In this document: in pieces, positions 9,962 through 18,892 of the stretch
Layout: each line of letters begins with the position of its first letter
Position numbering within the stretch: position 1 is the stretch's first letter
Source: an uncultured virus (IMG/VR IMGVR_UViG_3300046411_001024)
Lineage: Duplodnaviria > Heunggongvirae > Uroviricota > Caudoviricetes
Virus record (IMG/VR): IMGVR_UViG_3300046411_001024
Direction: 5' to 3' (one strand)
Length of the DNA: 64,000 nucleotides
Notes under the pieces: model-generated
What the model saw: the letters and a program-made list of their open reading frames with translations, nothing else
What the model was told of the DNA's origin: nothing
Database searches by the model: none
Translations under genes and position numbers: made by a program

Positions 9962-10695
9962 TGGCTTTACCTAAACATGCGAGTGCTTTACATCCACTCA
10001 CAATTCCTTCTACTGGTCAAGAAGTAAAATTTAGACCATTCGTTGTTAAAGACGAAAAGGCATTGATGCTTGCTATGCAATCAGAAAATGAAACGACAAT
10101 GGTTAATACCTTGCGTGAATTAATTACTAATTGTGTACAAGAAGAAATAGAAGTTAAACGATTAGCAACTTTCGACCTAGAATATTGTTTCGCTCAGATG
10201 AGAGGAAAATCTGTAGGTGAGATAGTTGAGATAATCGGTAAATGCGATAATGAAGAAGCTGGTTGTGTTGACAACCCCAAAGCTCAAGTAAAATTATCGG
10301 TAGATATTACCTCGATACCTGTCACTTTCCCAGAAGGACACAATAAAAGAATAGACTTATGGGGAGATGTAGGAGTTGTAATGAAGTATCCTACATTGGA
10401 AACTATTATTAAATATCAAGGATTAAATCAAGATAGCGATCCTGATAAAGTATTTGATATTATAATGGATTCAATGGAAGTTATTTATGAAGGAGACGAA
10501 CTCCATTATATTCAAGAACAATCTGTTGAAGAAGTAAATGATTTTATTAACAATCTTACTTCTGACCAGTTTTCTAAGATAAGAGATTTCTTTGAGCATA
10601 TGCCAAAGATGACTCATAAAATTGAATATACTTGTCCTAATTGTGGCAAAGTTCATCAGAGAACTTTGGAGGGTTTACAGAATTTTTTTGGATAA
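9961..10695 (+). CDS. gp26: Baseplate hub assembly protein gp26-like
   Basis: MALPK..PSTG..VKFRPFVVKDEK, FDLEY.F..RGKSVGE, CPNC, LEGLQNFF. Confidence 0.9.
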   Translation: MALPKHASALHPLTIPSTGQEVKFRPFVVKDEKALMLAMQSENETTMVNTLRELITNCVQEEIEVKRLATFDLEYCFAQMRGKSVGEIVEIIGKCDNEEAGCVDNPKAQVKLSVDITSIPVTFPEGHNKRIDLWGDVGVVMKYPTLETIIKYQGLNQDSDPDKVFDIIMDSMEVIYEGDELHYIQEQSVEEVNDFINNLTSDQFSKIRDFFEHMPKMTHKIEYTCPNCGKVHQRTLEGLQNFFG

Positions 10696-10886
10696 TGCTC
10701 AGCCATGAGTCGTTGATGAACCATTATAAGACGAACTTCGCTTTAATGCAACATCACAAATATTCCTTGACTGAGCTGGAAAATATGTATCCATTCGAGC
10801 GAGAGATATATACGACTATGCTTCATAAACACTTAGAGGAAGAAAAAGCTAAACACGAACAACAAAAGTTAAAGATGAGAAACTAG
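10695..10886 (+). CDS. gp51: Baseplate hub assembly catalyst gp51-like
   Basis: YKTNFALMQHHKYSLTELENMYPFEREIY; TAATG overlap with gp26 and also reachable by a -1 slip (see findings). Confidence 0.88.
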   Translation: MLSHESLMNHYKTNFALMQHHKYSLTELENMYPFEREIYTTMLHKHLEEEKAKHEQQKLKMRN

Positions 10887-12590
10887 ATGGCACTACCACA
10901 AGAAGATAAAGGAGTAAAAAAGACTCCATCCGATAAGGACGCATTACCAGATAGAAGGAAAGCTACTCCTAAGAACGAGGAGTTGGCTAATCTTATTGGT
11001 GATAAAATAGCAGAGATGATGCCCAGTAAAGAAGAAACTGGCGAGCAGATGAAAGTCTTTACAGCTATGGCTGGTTATCTAGAAATATTGGCAGGTAAAG
11101 CCGAGAAAGATGATGGTGGTGGTGGCGGAGAAGAATCTGCGTTCAGTAAATTAGGCAAGTTTGGTAAAGTCCTTGCTGTTGTTATTGGTTCACTAATCGG
11201 TCTTATTGCTGCTCAACTTAAAACTATTGGTCTATTCGCAAAAGCATTCACACCTGCAAGACTTCAAGTACAAATAAGAGCATTATTCAGAGGTTTAACT
11301 GGAACTGTTAAAGGTTTCGGTACAGCCATACGAACAGGTTTTTCTAATTTACTTAAACCACTAACTGGGTTATTCAAATCATCAGGTGGTGCAAGTGCAT
11401 TAGGAAAAACTCCTCAGGCATTAAAAAACTTTATGAAAGGTTTATCTATTTTATTCCAACCATTTATTGCGTTGGGTAAGATGTTAAAGGGAGCAATCAA
11501 ATCAGTTTCAACAGGTGTAAGTATCTTTGGTAGAATAAGTGGTTTCTTCAGAGGTATCATGACATCAATATCAACCTTTGGTAAGGCGATTGGTGCTGTA
11601 GCCAAAGTTGCTTCAAAGGTATTTTTACCACTATTAATTATTATCACTTTATTTGATACAATCAAAGGAGCATTAGCAGGTTTCGCTGAAGGTGGTATTA
11701 TAGGTGGTATCGCTGGAGCTGTTAAAGGTTTATTCAACTCATTAATATTTGGTCCACTTGATATGCTTAAAGGAGCAGTTGCTTGGGTACTTGGTATGTT
11801 TGGGTTTGATAAAGCAGCAGAGATGCTTAATAGTTTCTCATTCGCCAGTATGTTCAGTAAACTAATAGATGGTATAGCAGGTTTCATATCTCATATTGTA
11901 GAGTTTATGACAAATATAATCATGGCACCAATACGACCCATCCTAGAATTATTTAATTCATTAATGAATATATTTACCAATACCGATGGCGAAGGATTAT
12001 TCAAAAATATATCTGACTTCTTCTTTGATTTAATATTAATCATACCGAAGTTCTTCTTGAATATACTTGATGCTGTAGCTGGATTATTTGGCTTTGATGG
12101 TTTGAAAGAAAAGGTTTACAGTTTCTTTGATACTATCATGGATAATTTTGGTATTCCTGCTTTCTCATTTAAGATTCCAATTATTGGTACAGAAGTATCC
12201 TTTGGTGGATTTTTCCCATTCAGAGATGGCGAAACAGAAGTAGAAGGTGGTGAAGGTGCACCAGCTGGTGAAGGAACTTCCGCAGAACAGAAGATAAAAG
12301 ATTTCGATGAGAGAAATGCAGATGCACTAAACTTCACACCTATTAGTACTGTTAATGGTGTCAGTATAGAAGACATGGGGAAAGGTATTGAGAATGACAT
12401 GGCACTGGATGGTAGACCATTGTTAGATTTAACTCCTGAAGGATTAGCTGGTGGTGGTGGTAATACTACTGTTGTGAATAATACTAATGTATCAAATAAT
12501 ACCAATTCTAATAGTACTGGCTTACAATTTCCTAAGAGTACTAAGAATGGCGATAACCTGTATCAGTTTGGACAGAAATACGCAAGTTAA
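10887..12590 (+). CDS. Tape-measure-like protein (gp29-like)
   Basis: 567 aa of Gly/Ala/Phe-rich amphipathic repeats, Asn/Thr-rich tail, located after gp51. Confidence 0.7.
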   Translation: MALPQEDKGVKKTPSDKDALPDRRKATPKNEELANLIGDKIAEMMPSKEETGEQMKVFTAMAGYLEILAGKAEKDDGGGGGEESAFSKLGKFGKVLAVVIGSLIGLIAAQLKTIGLFAKAFTPARLQVQIRALFRGLTGTVKGFGTAIRTGFSNLLKPLTGLFKSSGGASALGKTPQALKNFMKGLSILFQPFIALGKMLKGAIKSVSTGVSIFGRISGFFRGIMTSISTFGKAIGAVAKVASKVFLPLLIIITLFDTIKGALAGFAEGGIIGGIAGAVKGLFNSLIFGPLDMLKGAVAWVLGMFGFDKAAEMLNSFSFASMFSKLIDGIAGFISHIVEFMTNIIMAPIRPILELFNSLMNIFTNTDGEGLFKNISDFFFDLILIIPKFFLNILDAVAGLFGFDGLKEKVYSFFDTIMDNFGIPAFSFKIPIIGTEVSFGGFFPFRDGETEVEGGEGAPAGEGTSAEQKIKDFDERNADALNFTPISTVNGVSIEDMGKGIENDMALDGRPLLDLTPEGLAGGGGNTTVVNNTNVSNNTNSNSTGLQFPKSTKNGDNLYQFGQKYAS

Positions 12591-12802
12591 GGAAACTTCC
12601 TCTCCCCATTAATCAAACCACTCGGTCCCCAATATTCTTTGTAGGCAATACTTTTTACTTGGTGTTGTTTTGAGTGTGTTCTAATAAATTCTCCAGCACC
12701 ACCATAAGTATGTTCATGAACATCTTGGTATTGCATTTTAGTATCAGGAAGCACTATAAAAGATACAGTGAATACATGTAAGTCGTCTTTATAGTGGGAC
12801 AT
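12587..12802 (-). CDS. Hypothetical protein
   Basis: 71-aa ORF closing the minus-strand run; overlaps both neighbours. Confidence 0.6.
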   Translation of the reverse strand: MSHYKDDLHVFTVSFIVLPDTKMQYQDVHEHTYGGAGEFIRTHSKQHQVKSIAYKEYWGPSGLINGERKFP

Positions 12803-12884
12803 ATCCTAAGTACCAAGCTATAAAAAGACCCACAAAGGGTAAGAGTCCAATTATAAACCAAAATATTCTTTCCTTCTTACTCAT
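12789..12884 (-). CDS. Small membrane peptide (31 aa)
   Basis: Hand translation MSKKERIFWFIIGLLPFVGLFIAWYLGYVPL; GGAG RBS; fills the gap. Confidence 0.55.
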   Translation of the reverse strand: MSKKERIFWFIIGLLPFVGLFIAWYLGYVPL

Positions 12885-13152
12885 GTTCTCCACCTTTACC
12901 TCTTAGACTTTGACTGTACCTTTCTTTATTTACTTCTTTAAAATAAATTGCAGTCAATACAGTCGCTGTAATTAGTAATGCGTGTGCTGCAGCAGATATA
13001 CCAAAGGCATATATGCTTTCTATTATATAGATACCAAACACTGCTGACCATAACCAAGCTAATATCTGCATAGACATAAACTTAACTTGAAAATTTAATC
13101 CTGATAGAGCATTCTTTGTGGGATCCATAATTACATCAAACCATTCTTTCAT
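12877..13152 (-). CDS. Hypothetical membrane protein
   Basis: 91 aa, two hydrophobic segments, AAGGA RBS. Confidence 0.75.
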   Translation of the reverse strand: MKEWFDVIMDPTKNALSGLNFQVKFMSMQILAWLWSAVFGIYIIESIYAFGISAAAHALLITATVLTAIYFKEVNKERYSQSLRGKGGEHE

Positions 13153-13166
13153 ATTTTTCCTTTCAT

Positions 13167-13200
13167 AAAAAAAGAAAAGGGGAACCGAAGTCCCCCTTTC
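13167..13200 (-). terminator. Rho-independent terminator after gp32
   Basis: Minus strand GGGGA-C-TTCG-G-TTCCCC followed by a T-run. Confidence 0.85.
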
Positions 13201-13217
13201 CGCAGATTTTGAATGTA

Positions 13218-14141
13218 TTACTCAGAGTCTGCTATTTTTTGGAAGTAAGACATTACATCTTCTTCCTGTTCAGCACTAGGTGCTGCTGGCTCAGCCTTTG
13301 CGACTGGCTCAGGTGCAGGAGCACTCTTAGGTGCAGGTGCTGCTGCCACAGTTTCAAGAATTGCATCTTCTGCTGTTCCCAATCCTGCGTTTTCATCCTC
13401 AAGAACTTCCATCAATCTTTTTGAAAGTGCTTCAAAAGATTTGAACTGGTCTGGTGCGACGAACTCAGATAGCTTATGCTGTTTTTCAACAATGCCAACC
13501 AACTCTTCATCAGACCCTGGAACTGCTTTCACATCAGTAAATTGACTTTCATCATAATTAGGGAAGCCAGCAACTTTCTTCATACGAAGTCGGAAGTCTG
13601 CTCCTTGCCATAAGTCAAATACATTTACTGGTTTTTCATCTTCAAATGTAGGTCTAGCTTTCTCCATGATTTTATCAAAGATTTTTTTACCAAACCTGTA
13701 CAGTCTGACCTGTCCTTCATTCTCGGGATGTTTTGGATCGCTGACAATCAAGACATTAGTAATATATGACAATCGTCTTTTTTGTTTACGAGCGATATCT
13801 TTATTAGCTTCAGAACCACTGTTCCATAGCTTTGAATTCAATTCACCCACAGGGTCTTTCTCACCCAATGTAGTTAAACTGTTTTCAATATACCATTTAC
13901 CAGTTGGACCCTGAAAGCCATGAGAAAAAACACGAATCCAAGGCAACTCATCACCTTCTACACGAGGTAGAAAACGAATAACTGCTGTTGCGTTTCCTGC
14001 TTTATCTGGGTCAAGTTTCCAGTATCTTTCATCTGGACCTTGCTTTTGGGATGTCTGGGGATTTGCGATTTTATCGAACTCTCCAGATATTTTTGAGAAG
14101 TCTGCCATAGACGACGACTTCAAGCTGTTTAAATCAACCAT
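13218..14141 (-). CDS. gp32: Single-stranded DNA-binding protein gp32
   Basis: AVIRFLP, HGFQGPTGKWYIENSLTT, FGKKIFDKI, acidic tail ending YFQKIADSE. Confidence 0.97.
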   Translation of the reverse strand: MVDLNSLKSSSMADFSKISGEFDKIANPQTSQKQGPDERYWKLDPDKAGNATAVIRFLPRVEGDELPWIRVFSHGFQGPTGKWYIENSLTTLGEKDPVGELNSKLWNSGSEANKDIARKQKRRLSYITNVLIVSDPKHPENEGQVRLYRFGKKIFDKIMEKARPTFEDEKPVNVFDLWQGADFRLRMKKVAGFPNYDESQFTDVKAVPGSDEELVGIVEKQHKLSEFVAPDQFKSFEALSKRLMEVLEDENAGLGTAEDAILETVAAAPAPKSAPAPEPVAKAEPAAPSAEQEEDVMSYFQKIADSE

Positions 14142-14185
14142 AATTTTTACTCCTTAAATATGCTTTATATGCGTTGTATGTTTTA

Positions 14186-14214
14186 ATATTACTTGATATT
14201 TTCTTAAAAGTAAA
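14186..14214 (-). promoter_or_regulatory. Sigma70-like promoter, TTTACT class, upstream of gp32
   Basis: TTTACT-TTTAAG..(17 nt)-TAATAT. Confidence 0.7.
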
Positions 14215-14215
14215 A

Positions 14216-14833
14216 TCAAGCATTAGTATTTAGTTCAATTAAATCATCATTGAAAGACTTATATGTCTCAGCAAATCTGTTTTTTTCAAACTTAACGAAT
14301 CCTTTCGTCTTCGTTATCCTGAGAACATCTTCTTCAAAAGCAACTCCTGCTTTGTCGTGCCAGTTCTCAAAGAATCCTTTAAATTTATCTAGGATACAAA
14401 CTGTTTGTACATGAACATGTTCACCAAGAACCATCTTCATCAACTCAGGAATAATCCCATTAAAATTATATAAATCTTTTTCCGACATCTTTTCCTTTTC
14501 TAAATGTAATGTAATAGTATCAAGGTCGGACTTGAATGTACTATGTAATGCTTCACGGACTCTACACCAGTTGGTATAATAGGAATCAGATGTGATTCGG
14601 GAATATAGAGTTGCGTCATGACCATAACTGAAATTAGAAACAAAATAGTCAACAATATCACGATCGGATTTATACGCATCTCCTAACCTCTCAAATAATT
14701 TAACATCATTCCTCGTGTAAAACTTTTCACGAGACCCACGAATGCTTCCATGGTTTGTAAAAACATCATACTTCTTATTGTGGAAGTGTAGTTTAAGTGC
14801 CATGTACAATTTATATACACGATATCCATCCAT
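14216..14833 (-). CDS. gp59: Helicase loader gp59
   Basis: YKLYMALKLHF..KYD motif; synteny gp33-gp59-gp32. Confidence 0.9.
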   Translation of the reverse strand: MDGYRVYKLYMALKLHFHNKKYDVFTNHGSIRGSREKFYTRNDVKLFERLGDAYKSDRDIVDYFVSNFSYGHDATLYSRITSDSYYTNWCRVREALHSTFKSDLDTITLHLEKEKMSEKDLYNFNGIIPELMKMVLGEHVHVQTVCILDKFKGFFENWHDKAGVAFEEDVLRITKTKGFVKFEKNRFAETYKSFNDDLIELNTNA

Positions 14834-15085
14834 TTATACATCCAACTTTGCAGTTCTAGGCAAGAAATTTAAATCCTGATAGTTGGCTTCTAACTTGTCT
14901 TTGAGTGCACCTCTAATTAATCCTTTTAATTCTTTTGGGTCAATCTCTGCTTTGCTACAATATTCAAGTATAGCATCAAGATGAGATATCCCAGCTTTCT
15001 CCTTTACCATTTTCTCTATATACATAGAGAAAGATTTACTATTCTCAAATAGAGTAGGAAAATCCGTCGTTGCTGATTCGCTCAT
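14834..15085 (-). CDS. gp33: Late transcription coactivator gp33
   Basis: FS..IE, DAILEYC, LKDKLEA...LNFLP motifs; synteny. Confidence 0.9.
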   Translation of the reverse strand: MSESATTDFPTLFENSKSFSMYIEKMVKEKAGISHLDAILEYCSKAEIDPKELKGLIRGALKDKLEANYQDLNFLPRTAKLDV

Positions 15086-15368
15086 ATACTCTCTCTTTAT
15101 TGTTATATTTATTTAGATAATGGTTGATAGTTGTTAGTCTATCCTCAACCTTACCATACTCCGACATTTTTAGATTATACAAAGACCATGCTTTGGTATT
15201 TGGATTATCAGGATTCAAGTGGTCACCTGCCACATGAAGATATTTGTTGAACCAACGATCTAGTCGTTCTTGTTCAGTAAGCATATCCTGCTTAACATCG
15301 TTCAGTCCTGCGATATCTCTACGAACAGCACAGTGAGCGATACGATTTTGTAGTTTAACATGGTCCAT
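15045..15368 (-). CDS. Hypothetical protein
   Basis: 107-aa ORF with AAGGAG RBS. Confidence 0.7.
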   Translation of the reverse strand: MDHVKLQNRIAHCAVRRDIAGLNDVKQDMLTEQERLDRWFNKYLHVAGDHLNPDNPNTKAWSLYNLKMSEYGKVEDRLTTINHYLNKYNNKERVYERISNDGFSYSI

Positions 15369-15380
15369 AATTTACTCCTT

Positions 15381-15590
15381 TTATAATTTAACAGCCAATA
15401 CGACAAGAATAGCAATCAGCAATACATTTACCAAAAACAATTCAATTCCTAAAATAGTATGATACCAGATCCATCTTGTTTTATATGCGTTATCAATGGA
15501 CAATTCAGCTGGATCTGGATCTGGCTCGTTATGTATGCCTTTATCTGGTTGTCCCCATAGTGTTGTGAAAAACTTTTTAATCATTTTCAT
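15381..15590 (-). CDS. Hypothetical membrane protein
   Basis: 69 aa with a C-terminal TM helix. Confidence 0.7.
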   Translation of the reverse strand: MKMIKKFFTTLWGQPDKGIHNEPDPDPAELSIDNAYKTRWIWYHTILGIELFLVNVLLIAILVVLAVKL

Positions 15591-15804
15591 TCTCGATTTT
15601 CATATCTTCAGGATATGGATCCCTCCATTTTACGAACTCCTTTTCGCCATCCTTCCAATACCATTTTAAAAAACCACTATTTGCTAACCCATCAATTGTT
15701 TTGCGGATAATCTCTCTGTGGTTTTGTTTACCCATCGTATAGCCAAGATATAATAATATCCCAGAATACAATAGAACCTGTAATATTGTAGTTTCGGTAT
15801 TCAT
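15577..15804 (-). CDS. Hypothetical membrane protein
   Basis: 75 aa with an N-terminal TM helix; overlaps neighbours. Confidence 0.65.
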   Translation of the reverse strand: MNTETTILQVLLYSGILLYLGYTMGKQNHREIIRKTIDGLANSGFLKWYWKDGEKEFVKWRDPYPEDMKIENEND

Positions 15805-16190
15805 CCTCGTCTCATCTTGGCAACATCAATTGCCTGCTCCTTATTAATAATCGGTACAGCATTAGATTTATGCATCTGAGCAATACCTTTCACCAATGTA
15901 CCTGTATATACCATTGGCTCTTTCTTAGCTGTATTACCACGCATACCATTAGAAACTGAAGGATACTTCTTATCATAATCTTCCCTAGCTTTCGCTCTTT
16001 CCTGTTCAGCCTGTGATATCTTCAATGGTACAAACTCCTTTTTCCTAGCTTTTAGCTGGTCAGGATGAACACCATTTTCACGCAACCAAGCATCATGCTT
16101 GGCTTGTCGCTGTTTCCATCCTGGTTTTTTCTTTACTTTAGATTTACCACTCATGCGAGTAGTGGTGTAAAATGCTGGTAATAATGCCAT
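15801..16190 (-). CDS. Conserved basic phage protein
   Basis: C-terminal YTGTLVKGIAQMHKSNAVPI motif recalled from T4-like phages; has its own promoter. Confidence 0.75.
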   Translation of the reverse strand: MALLPAFYTTTRMSGKSKVKKKPGWKQRQAKHDAWLRENGVHPDQLKARKKEFVPLKISQAEQERAKAREDYDKKYPSVSNGMRGNTAKKEPMVYTGTLVKGIAQMHKSNAVPIINKEQAIDVAKMRRG

Positions 16191-16200
16191 AATATAAGTG

Positions 16201-16229
16201 ATTCTATCCTATTTTAAGTTAAAAGTCAA
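16201..16229 (-). promoter_or_regulatory. Early sigma70-like promoter
   Basis: TTGACT-17 nt-TAGAAT. Confidence 0.8.
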
Positions 16230-16232
16230 GCA

Positions 16233-16478
16233 CTAATTTGCCAATTTAGCAACTTTTTTCCTGCTTGGTGCCAAGTCCCTTATCACTGTATCAGTGAATA
16301 TCCTCTTAGATTCCAGTAATATCTTAGCATCCATTTCACTCATGTGAGCCTGTTCAAATGCTAGGATTTCCAGTTCCTTCTCGGCAATCCTTGCCTTTAG
16401 CTTTTTCGCTATATCAATTGGGGTGTCTTTCCCAAGCAAAGATTTACAAAATCTTATTTCATCAAGTACATCAATCAT
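16233..16478 (-). CDS. Hypothetical protein
   Basis: 81-aa ORF, ATGA overlap with the upstream gene, AAGGAG RBS. Confidence 0.65.
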   Translation of the reverse strand: MIDVLDEIRFCKSLLGKDTPIDIAKKLKARIAEKELEILAFEQAHMSEMDAKILLESKRIFTDTVIRDLAPSRKKVAKLAN

Positions 16479-16900
16479 GCAGCATTCTCCTTTTTATATT
16501 CATATTTGTGAATAACCTCTTCAGTGTTAAGGTTATCATGGTATTCATATCCACCACGATCACCATCAAATTTCCTGATCTTGATCCAATGACCATCTTC
16601 ATTCTTAAAGAGTCTTGGCTCATGGTACAATGTACCATCATACCATTCTTTTTGTGATTTCTCATATTGTGGTACGAAGTCGTCAGATTTTACTGACCAG
16701 TCAATCACATATTCTCTAGACATGCTATTAGAATATGTAATCAAAGGACTAATCTCGTCCACCACTGACGCAATATTATTAACATCAACATCATTAACAA
16801 TGAAGTCATGACCACCTTTATATTTCCAGTATCCTTCTTCAGATACCTCGTCAACATCATAGTTCTCCATGTATTGAGTTGTTATTACTAATATTGCCAT
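16475..16900 (-). CDS. Conserved phage hypothetical protein
   Basis: TQYMENY..YWKYKGG motif; GGAGG RBS. Confidence 0.75.
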   Translation of the reverse strand: MAILVITTQYMENYDVDEVSEEGYWKYKGGHDFIVNDVDVNNIASVVDEISPLITYSNSMSREYVIDWSVKSDDFVPQYEKSQKEWYDGTLYHEPRLFKNEDGHWIKIRKFDGDRGGYEYHDNLNTEEVIHKYEYKKENAA

Positions 16901-16901
16901 C

Positions 16902-16979
16902 TTATAGACCTCCGATTTTTGACATTAGATATAAAAAGAAACTTAACACGATAACAATAGTGACGATATATTTCATCAT
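16902..16979 (-). CDS. Small membrane peptide (25 aa)
   Basis: MMKYIVTIVIVLSFFLYLMSKIGGL; GGAG RBS. Confidence 0.5.
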   Translation of the reverse strand: MMKYIVTIVIVLSFFLYLMSKIGGL

Positions 16980-17089
16980 ATATTATCTCCGAAAGTTTCT
17001 TTGGCATGCAGGTATAAAGCCACGCATGCACAGTAGATTGTAAATCCTAGTGTAGGAAATATCAACCAGTATAGAATTGCTTCTAACAT
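16976..17089 (-). CDS. Small membrane peptide (37 aa)
   Basis: MLEAILYWLIFPTLGFTIYCACVALYLHAKETFGDNI; TAATG coupling. Confidence 0.5.
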   Translation of the reverse strand: MLEAILYWLIFPTLGFTIYCACVALYLHAKETFGDNI

Positions 17090-17277
17090 TATATGATACC
17101 TAACTCAGAAGCAACTTCAGCTTCAGTATCAAATACACCAGCAGCATCCTCACCTTTTTCATTTAAGAATGCATCTTTAGCATCTAGTAATGTTAAATAT
17201 TTTTTATCGGCATAATCAGCGATAAAGTCCTGAGCTCTTTCAGTCAGCTCTAAATATAAATTACCCATTTTACTCAT
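17089..17277 (-). CDS. Hypothetical protein
   Basis: 62 aa, AAGGAG RBS. Confidence 0.7.
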   Translation of the reverse strand: MSKMGNLYLELTERAQDFIADYADKKYLTLLDAKDAFLNEKGEDAAGVFDTEAEVASELGII

Positions 17278-17298
17278 AATTTTTCTCCTTTATTATTA

Positions 17299-17607
17299 TT
17301 AATCGTTAAGACCTTCAATAGATTCGCGAACCATATTATCAACAATACTTTTATACTCAGCATTATCAAATAACATATCATGAAGTATCATCAATCCAGC
17401 ATTCATATAAGCACCACCAATTTCAAAATAAGTATTAGTACCATCATTATAGAAAGATATAGATTGACCAAGACCAGCTTTTGGGTCAAAGTCAAATACA
17501 GTTTTACCACTCAGTTTATCATAAGCGTCGAATCGATCGCCTTCAGAATTTTCAGCTTCACAAGTATTTTCGATTATATCACGATATTCAGCATAATTAA
17601 AAGTCAT
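17299..17607 (-). CDS. Hypothetical early protein
   Basis: Start moved to MTFNY (17607), downstream of the promoter at 17642-17670 and an AAGGA RBS. Confidence 0.7.
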   Translation of the reverse strand: MTFNYAEYRDIIENTCEAENSEGDRFDAYDKLSGKTVFDFDPKAGLGQSISFYNDGTNTYFEIGGAYMNAGLMILHDMLFDNAEYKSIVDNMVRESIEGLND

Positions 17608-17641
17608 ATTTTTTTCCTTTTTTTTATTAATCATTAAGTTG

Positions 17642-17670
17642 ATTGTACTCCATTTACGACCAAAAGTCAA
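17642..17670 (-). promoter_or_regulatory. Early sigma70-like promoter
   Basis: TTGACT-17 nt-TACAAT with an A-rich UP element. Confidence 0.8.
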
Positions 17671-17729
17671 GAACTTTTTTACTTTTTTTTGAAGATTTAT
17701 CATAATGAATACAACCACTTAGAGGGTGC

Positions 17730-18005
17730 TTATGCAGCACCCTTTTTAAACGCTCTCGCTCTAGACTGCATTTCATCAGCATCAAAAACAGCGAAATAAG
17801 TAGGTCTTTTGACCTCTTTACCATCTTTATCCTCAGACACACGCATTCTCATAAGAGACGCAACCTTAGTCATACCCTTAAAAGCAGACCCTGGAACACC
17901 ATAGTGTTTAATACCTTGTTTAAAAGTACAAACTCTTTCAATATCCCCACACGCATCAGCATTTACACCTGAATATTCGTAGTTATTAGTTATATTAATT
18001 GTCAT
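17730..18005 (-). CDS. ArdC-N-like ssDNA-binding protein (putative)
   Basis: NITNNYEYSGVN..TFKQG..KG.K..YFAVFD pattern resembles the ArdC N-terminal domain. Confidence 0.5.
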   Translation of the reverse strand: MTINITNNYEYSGVNADACGDIERVCTFKQGIKHYGVPGSAFKGMTKVASLMRMRVSEDKDGKEVKRPTYFAVFDADEMQSRARAFKKGAA

Positions 18006-18035
18006 ATATTTACCTCTTTATTTAATTATACAGCA

Positions 18036-18064
18036 ATTGTATCCTAATTGACTCCAAAAGTCAA
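18036..18064 (-). promoter_or_regulatory. Early sigma70-like promoter
   Basis: TTGACT-17 nt-TACAAT preceded by AGACGATTTTAC. Confidence 0.8.
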
Positions 18065-18120
18065 GTAAAATCGTCTCTTTTTTTAGATTAATTAGTTATA
18101 TGAAATCAATGACTTATAAC

Positions 18121-18151
18121 AAAAAAGGGGAGCCATTGCGGACTCCCCTTT
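18121..18151 (-). terminator. Rho-independent terminator
   Basis: AAGGGGAG..CTCCCCTT stem followed by a T-run on the minus strand. Confidence 0.8.
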
Positions 18152-18173
18152 GTAAACTAGGTCTTTTTTTGTG

Positions 18174-18791
18174 TTATTTAGACTTTTTTGCTGCCTTTTT
18201 CTTAGCAGGTTTTGCCTTTAATTCGTTGCCTTGCGCATCGACTTCAACCTCGCCTATTACATTGCCTTCACTATCTTCTAAGATTTTGAAGTAATGTTTC
18301 TTATCCTCTTCATCTTCTGCTTCAAATGCCTTGACGAAATCTTCACTTTCATTCGGCAAAGTAGCGACAACAGTTTCAGAGTTTCCACCATTCATTACTG
18401 GTGCTTTGTAAAATCTGTCTTTTATTTCTTCTAGATCTGTAATCTCAACATCAAAAACTTCCCAGTCTTCACCGACATGTTTAAAATCTTGTAGCCATAA
18501 CTCGCATTGCTTTTTAGCAAACTCAAGTGTTGGTGCGATTACATTAAATTCTTGTCCATTTCTAAAGATAAAGTTGTATTCCTCTTGGTTCTCATCTGTT
18601 TCCCATGATGGTACAGTTTCACCTTTAGCTTCTGCTTCTTGGATTTCCGCAAAGGTCTCAATTATTTTTGCTCGACCTGCGTCATTATTCAGTTGTCTTT
18701 CTAACTCTTTCTGCATTCTTACTTCTGCTGCAGTTTGAGTCTTCAAATTTGCGTTGGGATCTACTCCCATCTTTTCGACTTCTATAGCCAT
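18174..18791 (-). CDS. Hypothetical acidic protein with Lys-rich tail, probably late
   Basis: 205 aa, AGGAG RBS, two upstream CTAAATA motifs (18828, 18881). Confidence 0.75.
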   Translation of the reverse strand: MAIEVEKMGVDPNANLKTQTAAEVRMQKELERQLNNDAGRAKIIETFAEIQEAEAKGETVPSWETDENQEEYNFIFRNGQEFNVIAPTLEFAKKQCELWLQDFKHVGEDWEVFDVEITDLEEIKDRFYKAPVMNGGNSETVVATLPNESEDFVKAFEAEDEEDKKHYFKILEDSEGNVIGEVEVDAQGNELKAKPAKKKAAKKSK

Positions 18792-18892
18792 TATGTATCT
18801 CCTAGTTTACTTTGTTTATGATACTATTATTTAGTTAAGTTGAGAAGAGATATATACCCATTTCTCAGTTGCGACACAACTATTTAGTGTTA

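Noticed and set aside
11414..12505. Long antisense ORFs opposite the tape-measure-like gene (and similar ones elsewhere)
   Set aside because: Shadow frames caused by codon bias of the real gene; no RBS or recognisable motifs.
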